Shown here piece by piece: positions 1 through 7,408 of a DNA stretch of 10,020 bases; within the stretch, counting starts at the first letter, position 1, and each line of letters starts with the position of its first letter. The notes below the pieces were generated by a model, which was not told the origin of the DNA, made no database searches, and was given only the letters and a program-made list of their open reading frames with translations. Both the position numbers and the translations under genes were made by a program. Source of the DNA: Promethearchaeota archaeon (GTDB taxonomy: Archaea; Asgardarchaeota; Lokiarchaeia; Sigyniarchaeales; SOKP01). The stretch is taken from assembly GCA_019058245.1 (NCBI GenBank), contig JAHPZJ010000028.1, forward strand, positions 224,503 to 234,522, given 5' to 3'.

Positions 1-828
1 GAACCACTCATCCAAGCTTTAAAGGATGAAGATGAAATGATTCGAGCGTGGACAGCAGAAGCTCTCGGGAAAATGGGAAAACTTGCAGTAGAACCTCTCA
101 TTCATGCTCTAAAGGATGATCATAGATGGGTTCGAGAGAACGCAGCAGTAGCACTTGGGAAAATAGGAGATACAAGGTCAGTAGAACCTCTCATTCATGC
201 TCTAAAGGATGATCATAGATGGGTTCGAGAGAACGCAGCAGTAGCACTTGGGAAAATAGGAGATACAAGGTCAGTAGAACCTCTCATTCATGCTCTAAAG
301 GATGATCATAGATGGGTTCGAGAGAAAGCAGCAGGAGCTCTTGGGCAAATCGGTAATCCAAGAGCAGTAGAACCACTATTTCACACTTTAAAGGATAAAG
401 ATTCATATGTTCGAAAAGAGGCAGCAGAAGCACTTAAATTACTAAATTGGGAACCACTTAAAGAAACGGAGATGGTTTATTATTTTTTAGCGAAGCAAAA
501 TTGGGAAAAATTAGTAAAACTTGGGGAAATCGCGGTGGAACCTCTCATTCATGCTCTAAAGGAAGTAGCTGTTCGACAGAATGCAGCAGTAGCACTAGGG
601 GAAATAGGTGACACAAGGGCGGTCAATCCCCTTTTAAAGGTGGTAAGAGATAATTCAATTAATATGGACAGTAGAGTGGAGATAGTGTATGCAGTAAGGC
701 ATTTATCGGGAGATTGGCCCATTATTAAGTTAGATAGAAGTAATCATCGTGATAATACTATACCTGCTCATGGTCTTTGTCCTGGATCTCATACAGATGT
801 GGGTACTAAGAAATACCTTGAATTTTAA
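1..828 (+). CDS. HEAT/PBS-lyase-like repeat protein with C-terminal HxD-x8-C-x3-HxD tail (5'-partial)
   Basis: Frame 1 is open from base 1 ([17 protein letters not shown]...), so the ATG at 37 is internal and the gene starts upstream of the window. It has 31-aa repeats of the type [29 protein letters not shown] and a non-repeat tail [28 protein letters not shown]. Stop TAA at 826-828. Confidence 0.92.
   Translation, partial: EPLIQALKDEDEMIRAWTAEALGKMGKLAVEPLIHALKDDHRWVRENAAVALGKIGDTRSVEPLIHALKDDHRWVRENAAVALGKIGDTRSVEPLIHALKDDHRWVREKAAGALGQIGNPRAVEPLFHTLKDKDSYVRKEAAEALKLLNWEPLKETEMVYYFLAKQNWEKLVKLGEIAVEPLIHALKEVAVRQNAAVALGEIGDTRAVNPLLKVVRDNSINMDSRVEIVYAVRHLSGDWPIIKLDRSNHRDNTIPAHGLCPGSHTDVGTKKYLEF
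86..326 (+). repeat. Perfect 93-bp coding tandem repeat (about 2.6 copies), one HEAT unit per copy
   Basis: GTAGAACCTCTCATTCATGCTCTAAAGGATGATCATAGATGGGTTCGAGAGAA... recurs at 88, 181 and 274. No mismatches were seen until position 327. Confidence 0.95.
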
Positions 829-1143
829 GAGTATTAACTTTTTTTAATAAATATATTATTAAAACCTTTATTAACTAAAAGAGAATCTTATTAAGATTAA
901 TTTATGTAATAATTATCATGATTTAATATATTACAATTATTTTTCAAGTTATAATAATAAATATAATCTGGAAAATTAAAGGCTTGATTCAAATCTTTCT
1001 TAATTTTATACTTCAGGAAAAATAGTATTGTTAATTTATAGATTCCATATCTAATTATCACATAAACTTAAATAAAAAGCCAAAATTAATTAACATTAAA
1101 ATTTAGATATACACAAATGTGAAAATCTATTCCATTTAAATTA

Positions 1144-1150
1144 AGGTGAT
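1144..1150 (+). promoter_or_regulatory. Archaeal-type Shine-Dalgarno (AGGTGAT)
   Basis: AGGTGAT ends 5 nt before the ATG at 1156. Confidence 0.7.
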
Positions 1151-1155
1151 TATGA

Positions 1156-3294
1156 ATGCCTTCTATTGAGGAATTGCTAAAAAAGAATGATGCTAAAGGT
1201 TTGATAAAGACTTTAAAAAATGAACGTTCTTATATTAGAGAAAGTGCTGTTAAGGCTCTTGGAAAGATTGGAGATCCAAGGACTGTAAAACCTCTCATTA
1301 AAGCTTTAAAAGATGAAAATAAGAATGTTCGAAAATTCACAGCAGAGACTCTTGGGAAGATTAAAGATCCAAAAGCCGTAGATCCACTACTTCAAGCTTT
1401 AAATGATGAAAATAAGGATGTTCGAAGATTCACAGCAGAGGCTCTTGGGAAGATTAAAGATCCAAAAGCCGTAGAACCATTAATTCAAGCTTTAAATGAT
1501 GAAAATACGGATGTTCAAGAATATGCAATAAAGGCACTAGGGTGGATAAGAGATGCAAGAGCAATAGATCCGCTAATTCAAGCTTTAAAAGACGAGAGTA
1601 AAGAAGGTCGAGATTACGTGACAATAGCATTAGGGTGGATTGGCGACACAAGAGCAATAGATCCACTCATTCAAGCTTTAAAAGACAGAAATATAAAGGT
1701 TCGAGAAAGTGCTGCAGAAGCACTAGGGAAAATAGGAGATCCAAGAGCAATTGAACCACTAATTCATTCTTTGAATGACATTAGTGAATTTGTTCAATGG
1801 AGAGCAACGGAGGCACTTGGGAATATAGGAGATCCAAGGGCTGTAGAACCTCTAATTCAACGTTTAAAACATAAAGATCCTATCAAACGCCGGAAAGCAG
1901 TGGTTTCTTTAGGGAAAATAGGAGATTCAAGAGCAGTAGAACCTCTAATTCAACTTTTAAAAGATAAAAATAGCGATGTTCGAAAGTTCACAATAGACGC
2001 ATTAAAAAAATTAAAATGGGATCCAATTAGTGAAATTGACAAAGTTTATTATTTTTTGGCTATAAAAAATTGGGAAGAATTAGTAAATCTAGGGAAAATC
2101 GCTGTAGAACCTTTGATCCAAACTTTAAACGATGAAAATAAAGATATTCGAGAGGGGTCAGCAAAAACTCTAGAGAAAATCGGGAATTCAGCATTGGAGT
2201 CATTAATCCAAGCCTTAAGAAACCAGAATTCTTTAGTTCGATGGAATGCAGTAGAATTACTTAAAAAATTGAAGTGGGAACCTATTAGTGACATAGACAA
2301 AGTCTACTATTTTTTGACCGTAAGATATGCTGAAGAATTAGTAAATCTAGGGAAAATTGCTGTGGAACCTCTAATTCAAGCGTTAGATGATGAAAATAAA
2401 GAAGTAAGAATTTTTGCGGCTTTAACTTTAGAAAAAATTGGAGATCCAAGAGCAGGAGACTCTCTAATCAAAAAGCTAGAAGATAAAGATGTTCGATCAT
2501 ACGCAAAAAGAGCTCTCGAGAAAATAGGGACCCCTACGGTAGACTTTTTAATTAAAACCTTAAAACATAAAAAAAAAAATGTAAGAATAAGTGTGATTGA
2601 ACTTCTTAATCTGATAAAAGATACAAGGGCAGTGGAACCTCTAATTCAAGTATTAAATGATGAGAATATTGATGTTCGAGCGAATGTAGTAGACGCTTTA
2701 GGGAATTTAGGAGATCTAAGGGCAGTAGAACCTCTAATTCAAGCATTAAAAGATAAAAATGACTTTATACGTAAAAGCGTAGTCATAGCTCTCGGAGAAA
2801 TAGGAGATCCTAGAGTAGTTGAGCCCCTAATCCAAACTTTAAAAGACAGAAATGAGTCTATACGTGAAAGAGTAGTTATTGCTCTTGAAAAAATAGGAGA
2901 TCCTAGGGCTGTTGAGCCGCTAATCCAAACCTTAAAGTATAAAAATAAATATTTTCGTGATTACTCCATCATCGCCCTAGGGAATATAGGAGATTCAAGA
3001 GCAATAGAACCATTAATCCAATTATTAGATGATGAATTTCATAGACGGGAGGTAGCAATAGCTCTAGGAAAAATAGGAGATACAAGAGCGGTCACCCCTC
3101 TTTTAAAGGTTGTAAGAGATAATTCGATTGATATGTGGAAAAGGGTGGAGATAGTGAGAGCAGTAAGACATTTAGCGGGGGATTGGCCTACTATTAAGAC
3201 AATTAAAAATCATTATGATTATACTGCAGATCCGGGAACAGTATGTGGTGGTTATCATAATGATAAGGGACCCGAAGAGACTCTTCTATTTTAA
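1156..3294 (+). CDS. 712-aa HEAT/PBS-lyase-like repeat protein with C-terminal HxD-x8-C-x3-HxD tail
   Basis: Roughly 20 repeats of about 31 aa ([30 protein letters not shown]), preceded by an SD. Tail NHYDYTADPGTVCGGYHNDKGPEETLLF. Paralogous to the upstream gene, with a shared VVRDNSI...RVEIV.AVRHL.GDWP cap. Confidence 0.95.
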   Translation: MPSIEELLKKNDAKGLIKTLKNERSYIRESAVKALGKIGDPRTVKPLIKALKDENKNVRKFTAETLGKIKDPKAVDPLLQALNDENKDVRRFTAEALGKIKDPKAVEPLIQALNDENTDVQEYAIKALGWIRDARAIDPLIQALKDESKEGRDYVTIALGWIGDTRAIDPLIQALKDRNIKVRESAAEALGKIGDPRAIEPLIHSLNDISEFVQWRATEALGNIGDPRAVEPLIQRLKHKDPIKRRKAVVSLGKIGDSRAVEPLIQLLKDKNSDVRKFTIDALKKLKWDPISEIDKVYYFLAIKNWEELVNLGKIAVEPLIQTLNDENKDIREGSAKTLEKIGNSALESLIQALRNQNSLVRWNAVELLKKLKWEPISDIDKVYYFLTVRYAEELVNLGKIAVEPLIQALDDENKEVRIFAALTLEKIGDPRAGDSLIKKLEDKDVRSYAKRALEKIGTPTVDFLIKTLKHKKKNVRISVIELLNLIKDTRAVEPLIQVLNDENIDVRANVVDALGNLGDLRAVEPLIQALKDKNDFIRKSVVIALGEIGDPRVVEPLIQTLKDRNESIRERVVIALEKIGDPRAVEPLIQTLKYKNKYFRDYSIIALGNIGDSRAIEPLIQLLDDEFHRREVAIALGKIGDTRAVTPLLKVVRDNSIDMWKRVEIVRAVRHLAGDWPTIKTIKNHYDYTADPGTVCGGYHNDKGPEETLLF
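1301..1516 (+). repeat. Near-identical 93-bp coding tandem duplication of a HEAT unit
   Basis: TTCACAGCAGAG(A/G)CTCTTGGGAAGATTAAAGATCCAAAAGCCGTAGA occurs twice, 93 nt apart. AAGCTTTAAAxGATGAAAATAxGxATGTTC occurs three times. Confidence 0.85.
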
Positions 3295-3417
3295 AATTTA
3301 TTAATACAATGATTATATCTCTTTAATGATAATGAAAATGATATTAATCAATTTTATTAATTTTAGGGAGTAAATAGAAAAAAGTAAAACGGTAATTAGA
3401 AATATAACTATAAAGAT

Positions 3418-5868
3418 ATGATTAACACAAATTTTAAGAATTTTTATCCTCAATTTATGATAATCCCTAGTTCTAAGTGTCAAGCAACTTGTCAATATTG
3501 TTTTGGTCCACATAAAGGAGAAATAATGACTATTAAACAATGGGATAAGACTTTACAATACATTATAAAAATAACAAGTAATTGGGATGCATCTAACACC
3601 ATTCGGTTTCTATTTCATGGTGGTGAGCCTTTACTTGTTGGTCACCAATTCTTCAAACAATGTTTAAAAGATATTGAATCGGCTTTTGGTTTAAATCGCG
3701 TTAAAATCAATATTCAGAGCAATCTTTGGGAGTTAGATAGTGAATTTATAAAATTGTTTCGAAACTATAAGGTAAATTTAAGTACTAGTCTTGATGGTCC
3801 TGAAAAAATTACGGACACTCAACGCGGTAAAGGATATTTTAGGAAAACATGGGATAGTATCAAGAAAGCTCGTGAAAATGGGATTGAAATAGGGTGTATA
3901 GTTACATTCACAACCCAATCATCTTCGCATTGGAAAGAAATTCTGGAGTTTTTCAAAGAAAATCACATTTTAATTCACCTTCATCCTGCAATTCCAACTT
4001 TAGGAGCAAATGAGAACAATAAATATGCCATCTCCCCTGAACAATATGCACTATTATTATCAGAAATGTTTGCTTATTATTTAAAACATTACCAAGATTT
4101 GATAATTTCTTCTTTTGAAGAAATGATACATTTTGTTGTAAATGGAAATCATAAAACTTGTGAATATGGAGATTGTTTGGGTAAATTTCTTGCAATAGAT
4201 TCTTATGGAAATATTTATCCATGTCAACGATTTATTGGAAATTCAGAATTTTGTATTGGTAATATTTCTGATCATGAAGGTTTTAATAATTATAATATTT
4301 GGACACATCCAAACCTCTCAAAGTTCTACAATCGTAAACAGTTTTTAGAAGCTCAAGCGTCTAGAGCTCTACCAGGTCTTAAGAAGTATGTTCTTGGTGG
4401 TTGCCCTTATCAAGCATTCTCAGCTAAATCTAAAAACTTACATGATCCATATTGGGTTACCAAGAAAGCATTTTTTGATGAAATAGAAACAAAATATATT
4501 AAAGAATACGTTCATCTTTTGGATATACCAGAAGCTTCGTTAGGTACAAGAAAACTTGTAAATGATTTTCCTATTACCACAATTATTAAAAGTGGCAAGA
4601 ATCAAGATTACTTGACGCGAAATGCTAAAAGAATCATTGCTGCTTATTTATTAGGGATTGATCAAAACATTTATTCTGTAAATGAATCTTTAATTCGACT
4701 TGGTCTTATAAAAAACAAAAAATCGGGGCTTTATACTTTAAAATCATTTAAAAAGCGATTATTAGCAATGCAGTACAACAATCTCTATATACATTTAACA
4801 TGGTCATGTAATCTCAAATGCAACCATTGTTATGCTCCGACAACGCAATATTTAGAACAAAAATCAGATGATGAGAGAGAAAAGAGTCGACAAAATCAAA
4901 AGAGGATTCATTTCCCAATTGAAAAAAATCTTCTAAAACAGATCTTTTTTGATGCGAAAAATGTAAATTTTCAAAAAATCGTAATTACTGGAGGTGAACC
5001 TACATGTCATCCTCAATTTGAACAATTTGTATATTTTCTTAAGGGTATAAAACAAGAATTATCACCTTTAAAATTGGTCTTGAGAAGTAATTGGACTTTG
5101 AATTTAACGGAGAAACTTATGACTACTATCTCTGAAGTATTTGATCAAATTGTAGTAAGCGTTGATGGAGATCAAGCCTCTCATGATAAAAGACGGGGGA
5201 AAGGCTCATATCAAAATACAATTAATAATTTAAAGAAATATAAGGAATTAACTTTTAATACCCATAAATCTGCTAGATTACACCTTGCATGTACTTCTGA
5301 ATTTGAACATTTAACTTCCGAACTCAAGAGTAGTGTTTATAATCTTGCACAACAACTAGGAGACGAGGTTGGTGTTCGTTACCGTCCTATTTTACCAATT
5401 GGGAAAGGTAAAAGCTTAAATCTTGCCTTAAAAAAATATATATCTTCGGATCCATACCATGCATTACGATTTTTAGCATCTGATTACACTCCAACGGCAA
5501 CTTGTGGATTAGGACGGAATCTATATGTTGATCCATCGGGAGATGTTTATCCATGCTATGCATATAAACCTAAGGGTTCAATACTAGGAAACATCTTTGA
5601 ATCCAGTCTTGAAGTAATATTAAACTCTAAAAAATTTCAAGATTTATATAATTACGACGTTGATAAAAACGATTTTTGCAGATCTTGTGAGGTTCGATAC
5701 TTATGTGGAGGTGGATGTCAAGCATGGAATATAATCTCCGATAAAGATTCAATAAAGAAACCTCCCTCGTTCTGTGATGGAAAAACAAGTCCATATTATG
5801 AAAGAGCTCTTGATTGGATAAAAATCGCTAAGGAATTCTTAGGTATCAATATAAAGATAATATCTTGA
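3418..5868 (+). CDS. Tandem (double) radical SAM/SPASM domain protein, putative peptide/protein maturase
   Basis: Module 1: MIIPSSK-CQATCQYC (3478-3501), FHGGEP, STSLDGP, then CEYGDC...GNIYPC. From memory its N-terminus resembles archaeal TIGR04083-type peptide-modifying rSAMs, which is not verified by HMM. Module 2: LYIHLTWS-CNLKCNHC (4807-4830), ITGGEP, VSVDG, then SPASM TCGLG...GDVYPC...CRSCEVRYLCGGGC...FC. Confidence 0.93.
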   Translation: MINTNFKNFYPQFMIIPSSKCQATCQYCFGPHKGEIMTIKQWDKTLQYIIKITSNWDASNTIRFLFHGGEPLLVGHQFFKQCLKDIESAFGLNRVKINIQSNLWELDSEFIKLFRNYKVNLSTSLDGPEKITDTQRGKGYFRKTWDSIKKARENGIEIGCIVTFTTQSSSHWKEILEFFKENHILIHLHPAIPTLGANENNKYAISPEQYALLLSEMFAYYLKHYQDLIISSFEEMIHFVVNGNHKTCEYGDCLGKFLAIDSYGNIYPCQRFIGNSEFCIGNISDHEGFNNYNIWTHPNLSKFYNRKQFLEAQASRALPGLKKYVLGGCPYQAFSAKSKNLHDPYWVTKKAFFDEIETKYIKEYVHLLDIPEASLGTRKLVNDFPITTIIKSGKNQDYLTRNAKRIIAAYLLGIDQNIYSVNESLIRLGLIKNKKSGLYTLKSFKKRLLAMQYNNLYIHLTWSCNLKCNHCYAPTTQYLEQKSDDEREKSRQNQKRIHFPIEKNLLKQIFFDAKNVNFQKIVITGGEPTCHPQFEQFVYFLKGIKQELSPLKLVLRSNWTLNLTEKLMTTISEVFDQIVVSVDGDQASHDKRRGKGSYQNTINNLKKYKELTFNTHKSARLHLACTSEFEHLTSELKSSVYNLAQQLGDEVGVRYRPILPIGKGKSLNLALKKYISSDPYHALRFLASDYTPTATCGLGRNLYVDPSGDVYPCYAYKPKGSILGNIFESSLEVILNSKKFQDLYNYDVDKNDFCRSCEVRYLCGGGCQAWNIISDKDSIKKPPSFCDGKTSPYYERALDWIKIAKEFLGINIKIIS

Positions 5869-5997
5869 AAAAAAAGATTTAAAATTTAAAGTATTCATGA
5901 ACCTTCTAGAAATCCTTATGAGTATAACTGCCAATTCCTACCACTGACCAATAATTAGATTATAACCACTAAGGAAATTTTCTAGAAAATAATCAGG

Positions 5998-6009
5998 TTT
6001 CTTTTTTTT
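5998..6009 (+). terminator. Possible oligo-T archaeal terminator in the convergent intergenic gap
   Basis: TTTCTTTTTTTT run downstream of the rSAM gene, between convergent genes. A 14-bp palindrome ATTTTCTAGAAAAT lies just before it at 5977-5990. Confidence 0.3.
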
Positions 6010-6037
6010 CAAACTTATAATTGGATTTTTGAAAAAA

Positions 6038-6334
6038 TTATATATCAAAAATTTCCCGTGCCTTTTCTTCGATAATAGAGTTATTCACTAAATCCCATAT
6101 TTCTGAATAATAAAATTTTTCGTCGTTCTTAACAATCAGGGGTAAACTTTCAACACACGCACTCATATCACAATAAAGACTATTAAATGTTGGATTTTTC
6201 ATCAATGGATCATCAAAATCTTTAGGATCTTGATAATCTAAAATAATATGAACTACATTCTTATCTGACAACCATTTAATTAATAAATCACAGAAAAAGC
6301 AATGCTTTTTAACTACTATTTTAAATTTAGCCAT
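6038..6334 (-). CDS. Small glutaredoxin/thioredoxin-fold-like protein (CxxC)
   Basis: 98 aa. An N-terminal beta strand is followed by KHCFFCDLLIKWL (CxxC at a helix start). A later ESLPLIV resembles the cis-Pro strand of the Grx fold, with an extra YCDMSAC just before it. Confidence 0.7.
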   Translation of the reverse strand: MAKFKIVVKKHCFFCDLLIKWLSDKNVVHIILDYQDPKDFDDPLMKNPTFNSLYCDMSACVESLPLIVKNDEKFYYSEIWDLVNNSIIEEKAREIFDI

Positions 6335-6356
6335 GAATGAAATACTACTTGATAAT

Positions 6357-6364
6357 TATTTAAA
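6357..6364 (-). promoter_or_regulatory. Putative TATA box for the glutaredoxin-like gene
   Basis: TTTAAATA on the minus strand, 23-30 nt upstream of ATG 6334, preceded by purine-rich AAAAATAAGA (BRE-like). The spacing suits a leaderless transcript. Confidence 0.4.
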
Positions 6365-6482
6365 TCTTATTTTAATTAATTATTATTCTTATCCTTAAAA
6401 ACACTATACTTGTAAATAATACATTTTAATATAGAAAAAGGTGATAGGATTAGCCAGTCTAGTGATTCTTTAAATTAGATAA

Positions 6483-6875
6483 TTACACACGGCGACCACG
6501 ATGCCCACCTTTTCTACGACAGTGGTCATGTGATTTGGGTGTAACTTCTTCAATCCTACCGACTTGTAGACCTGAACGAGCAAGTGCTCGGATGCATGCT
6601 TGAGCACCAGGACCAGGAGTTTGCGATTTGTTTCCCCCAGGAGCTCTTACTTTAATATGAATACCAGTAATTCCTTTATCTCGAAGTTCATTTGCGACAC
6701 GGAATCCCGCTTGCATTCCAGCGTATGGATTCGATTCATCTCTATCTGCCTTAACAACCATACCACCAGTACATTTTGCGAAGGTTTCTGCTCCGCTGAG
6801 ATCTGTAGCTGTAACAATAGTATTATTATAAGAGCTGAAAATATGTACAATTGCCCATTTAATATCTTTGCTCAT
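6483..6875 (-). CDS. rps11: 30S ribosomal protein S11 (uS11)
   Basis: Archaeal uS11 signatures [46 protein letters not shown] and RGRRV. SD-like AGGTAA at 6881-6886. Confidence 0.98.
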   Translation of the reverse strand: MSKDIKWAIVHIFSSYNNTIVTATDLSGAETFAKCTGGMVVKADRDESNPYAGMQAGFRVANELRDKGITGIHIKVRAPGGNKSQTPGPGAQACIRALARSGLQVGRIEEVTPKSHDHCRRKGGHRGRRV

Positions 6876-6887
6876 TTTTATTACCTA

Positions 6888-7391
6888 CTAAGTTTTATCT
6901 TTTGCTACGGTTAATGGACTATTAGGAGCGAAATTGATCATATCTTCTTCTTCTTTTTTTACAATATAAGAAGGGGCGTTAATTTTTTTTCCTTTAACTT
7001 GAATATGTCCGTGGGTAATATATTGTCGTGCTTGATAAACAGTGCTAGAAAGCCCTTTTTCATAAACAAGGGTTTGTAATCTTCTTTTTAAGACATCTTC
7101 TACAGTTAAAAGAAGAACATCTTCAAATTCTGCTTCTGATCCGATAATGCCAAGACGATTTAATTTTTTAATAAGCGTTTGTTGTACTTCTAAAGCGTTT
7201 TCTTTGGATAAGGTTCTTGATTGTCGAGCAAGATTACGCCAGTTTCCTAGCATCGTACGCACTTTCCAATATTCCCTTTTGTTTCTAAGTCCATATTTGC
7301 CAATAAATTCGAGTTCTTCCATTATTCGATCTTTTTGATATGGATGTTTTGGTTTTTTAAATTTCTTCTTTAAGCGTCTTGGATCTCCCAT
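6888..7391 (-). CDS. rps4: 30S ribosomal protein S4 (uS4)
   Basis: Archaeal uS4 signatures MGDP, YGLRNKRE.W, RRLQTLV, ARQYITHGHI and PSYIV. SD AGGTGA at 7398-7403. Confidence 0.98.
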   Translation of the reverse strand: MGDPRRLKKKFKKPKHPYQKDRIMEELEFIGKYGLRNKREYWKVRTMLGNWRNLARQSRTLSKENALEVQQTLIKKLNRLGIIGSEAEFEDVLLLTVEDVLKRRLQTLVYEKGLSSTVYQARQYITHGHIQVKGKKINAPSYIVKKEEEDMINFAPNSPLTVAKDKT

Positions 7392-7408
7392 ACTTTTTCA
7401 CCTTTAGA

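Noticed and set aside
37-39. ATG at 37 as the start of the first HEAT gene
   Set aside because: The frame is open and HEAT-like ([12 protein letters not shown]) from base 1, so the true start is upstream of the window.
829-1155. Stand-alone small RiPP precursor or ncRNA between the HEAT genes
   Set aside because: The region is extremely AT-rich, the ATGs are closed by stops within a few codons, and no GC-rich stem structure is visible. It looks like terminator and promoter DNA.
1454-2300. Minus-strand ORFs 1454-1666 and 2049-2300
   Set aside because: They are antisense shadows of the repetitive HEAT gene with no recognisable motifs.
1156-3294. Phycobilin lyase (CpcE/F) or deoxyhypusine hydroxylase function for the HEAT proteins
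   Set aside because: Only the generic repeat is shared. The context is archaeal with no phycobiliprotein genes, and the repeated His-Glu iron-binding motifs of deoxyhypusine hydroxylase are absent.
3313-4222. Minus-strand ORFs 3313-3540 and 3953-4222 as possible precursor peptides
   Set aside because: They overlap the rSAM gene antisense, reflect AT-rich low-complexity composition, and show no RBS or core-like motif.
5897-5947. 16-codon ORF MNLLEILMSITANSYH downstream of the rSAM
   Set aside because: It is too short, lacks an RBS and has no Cys or HxD motif, so it is most likely chance.
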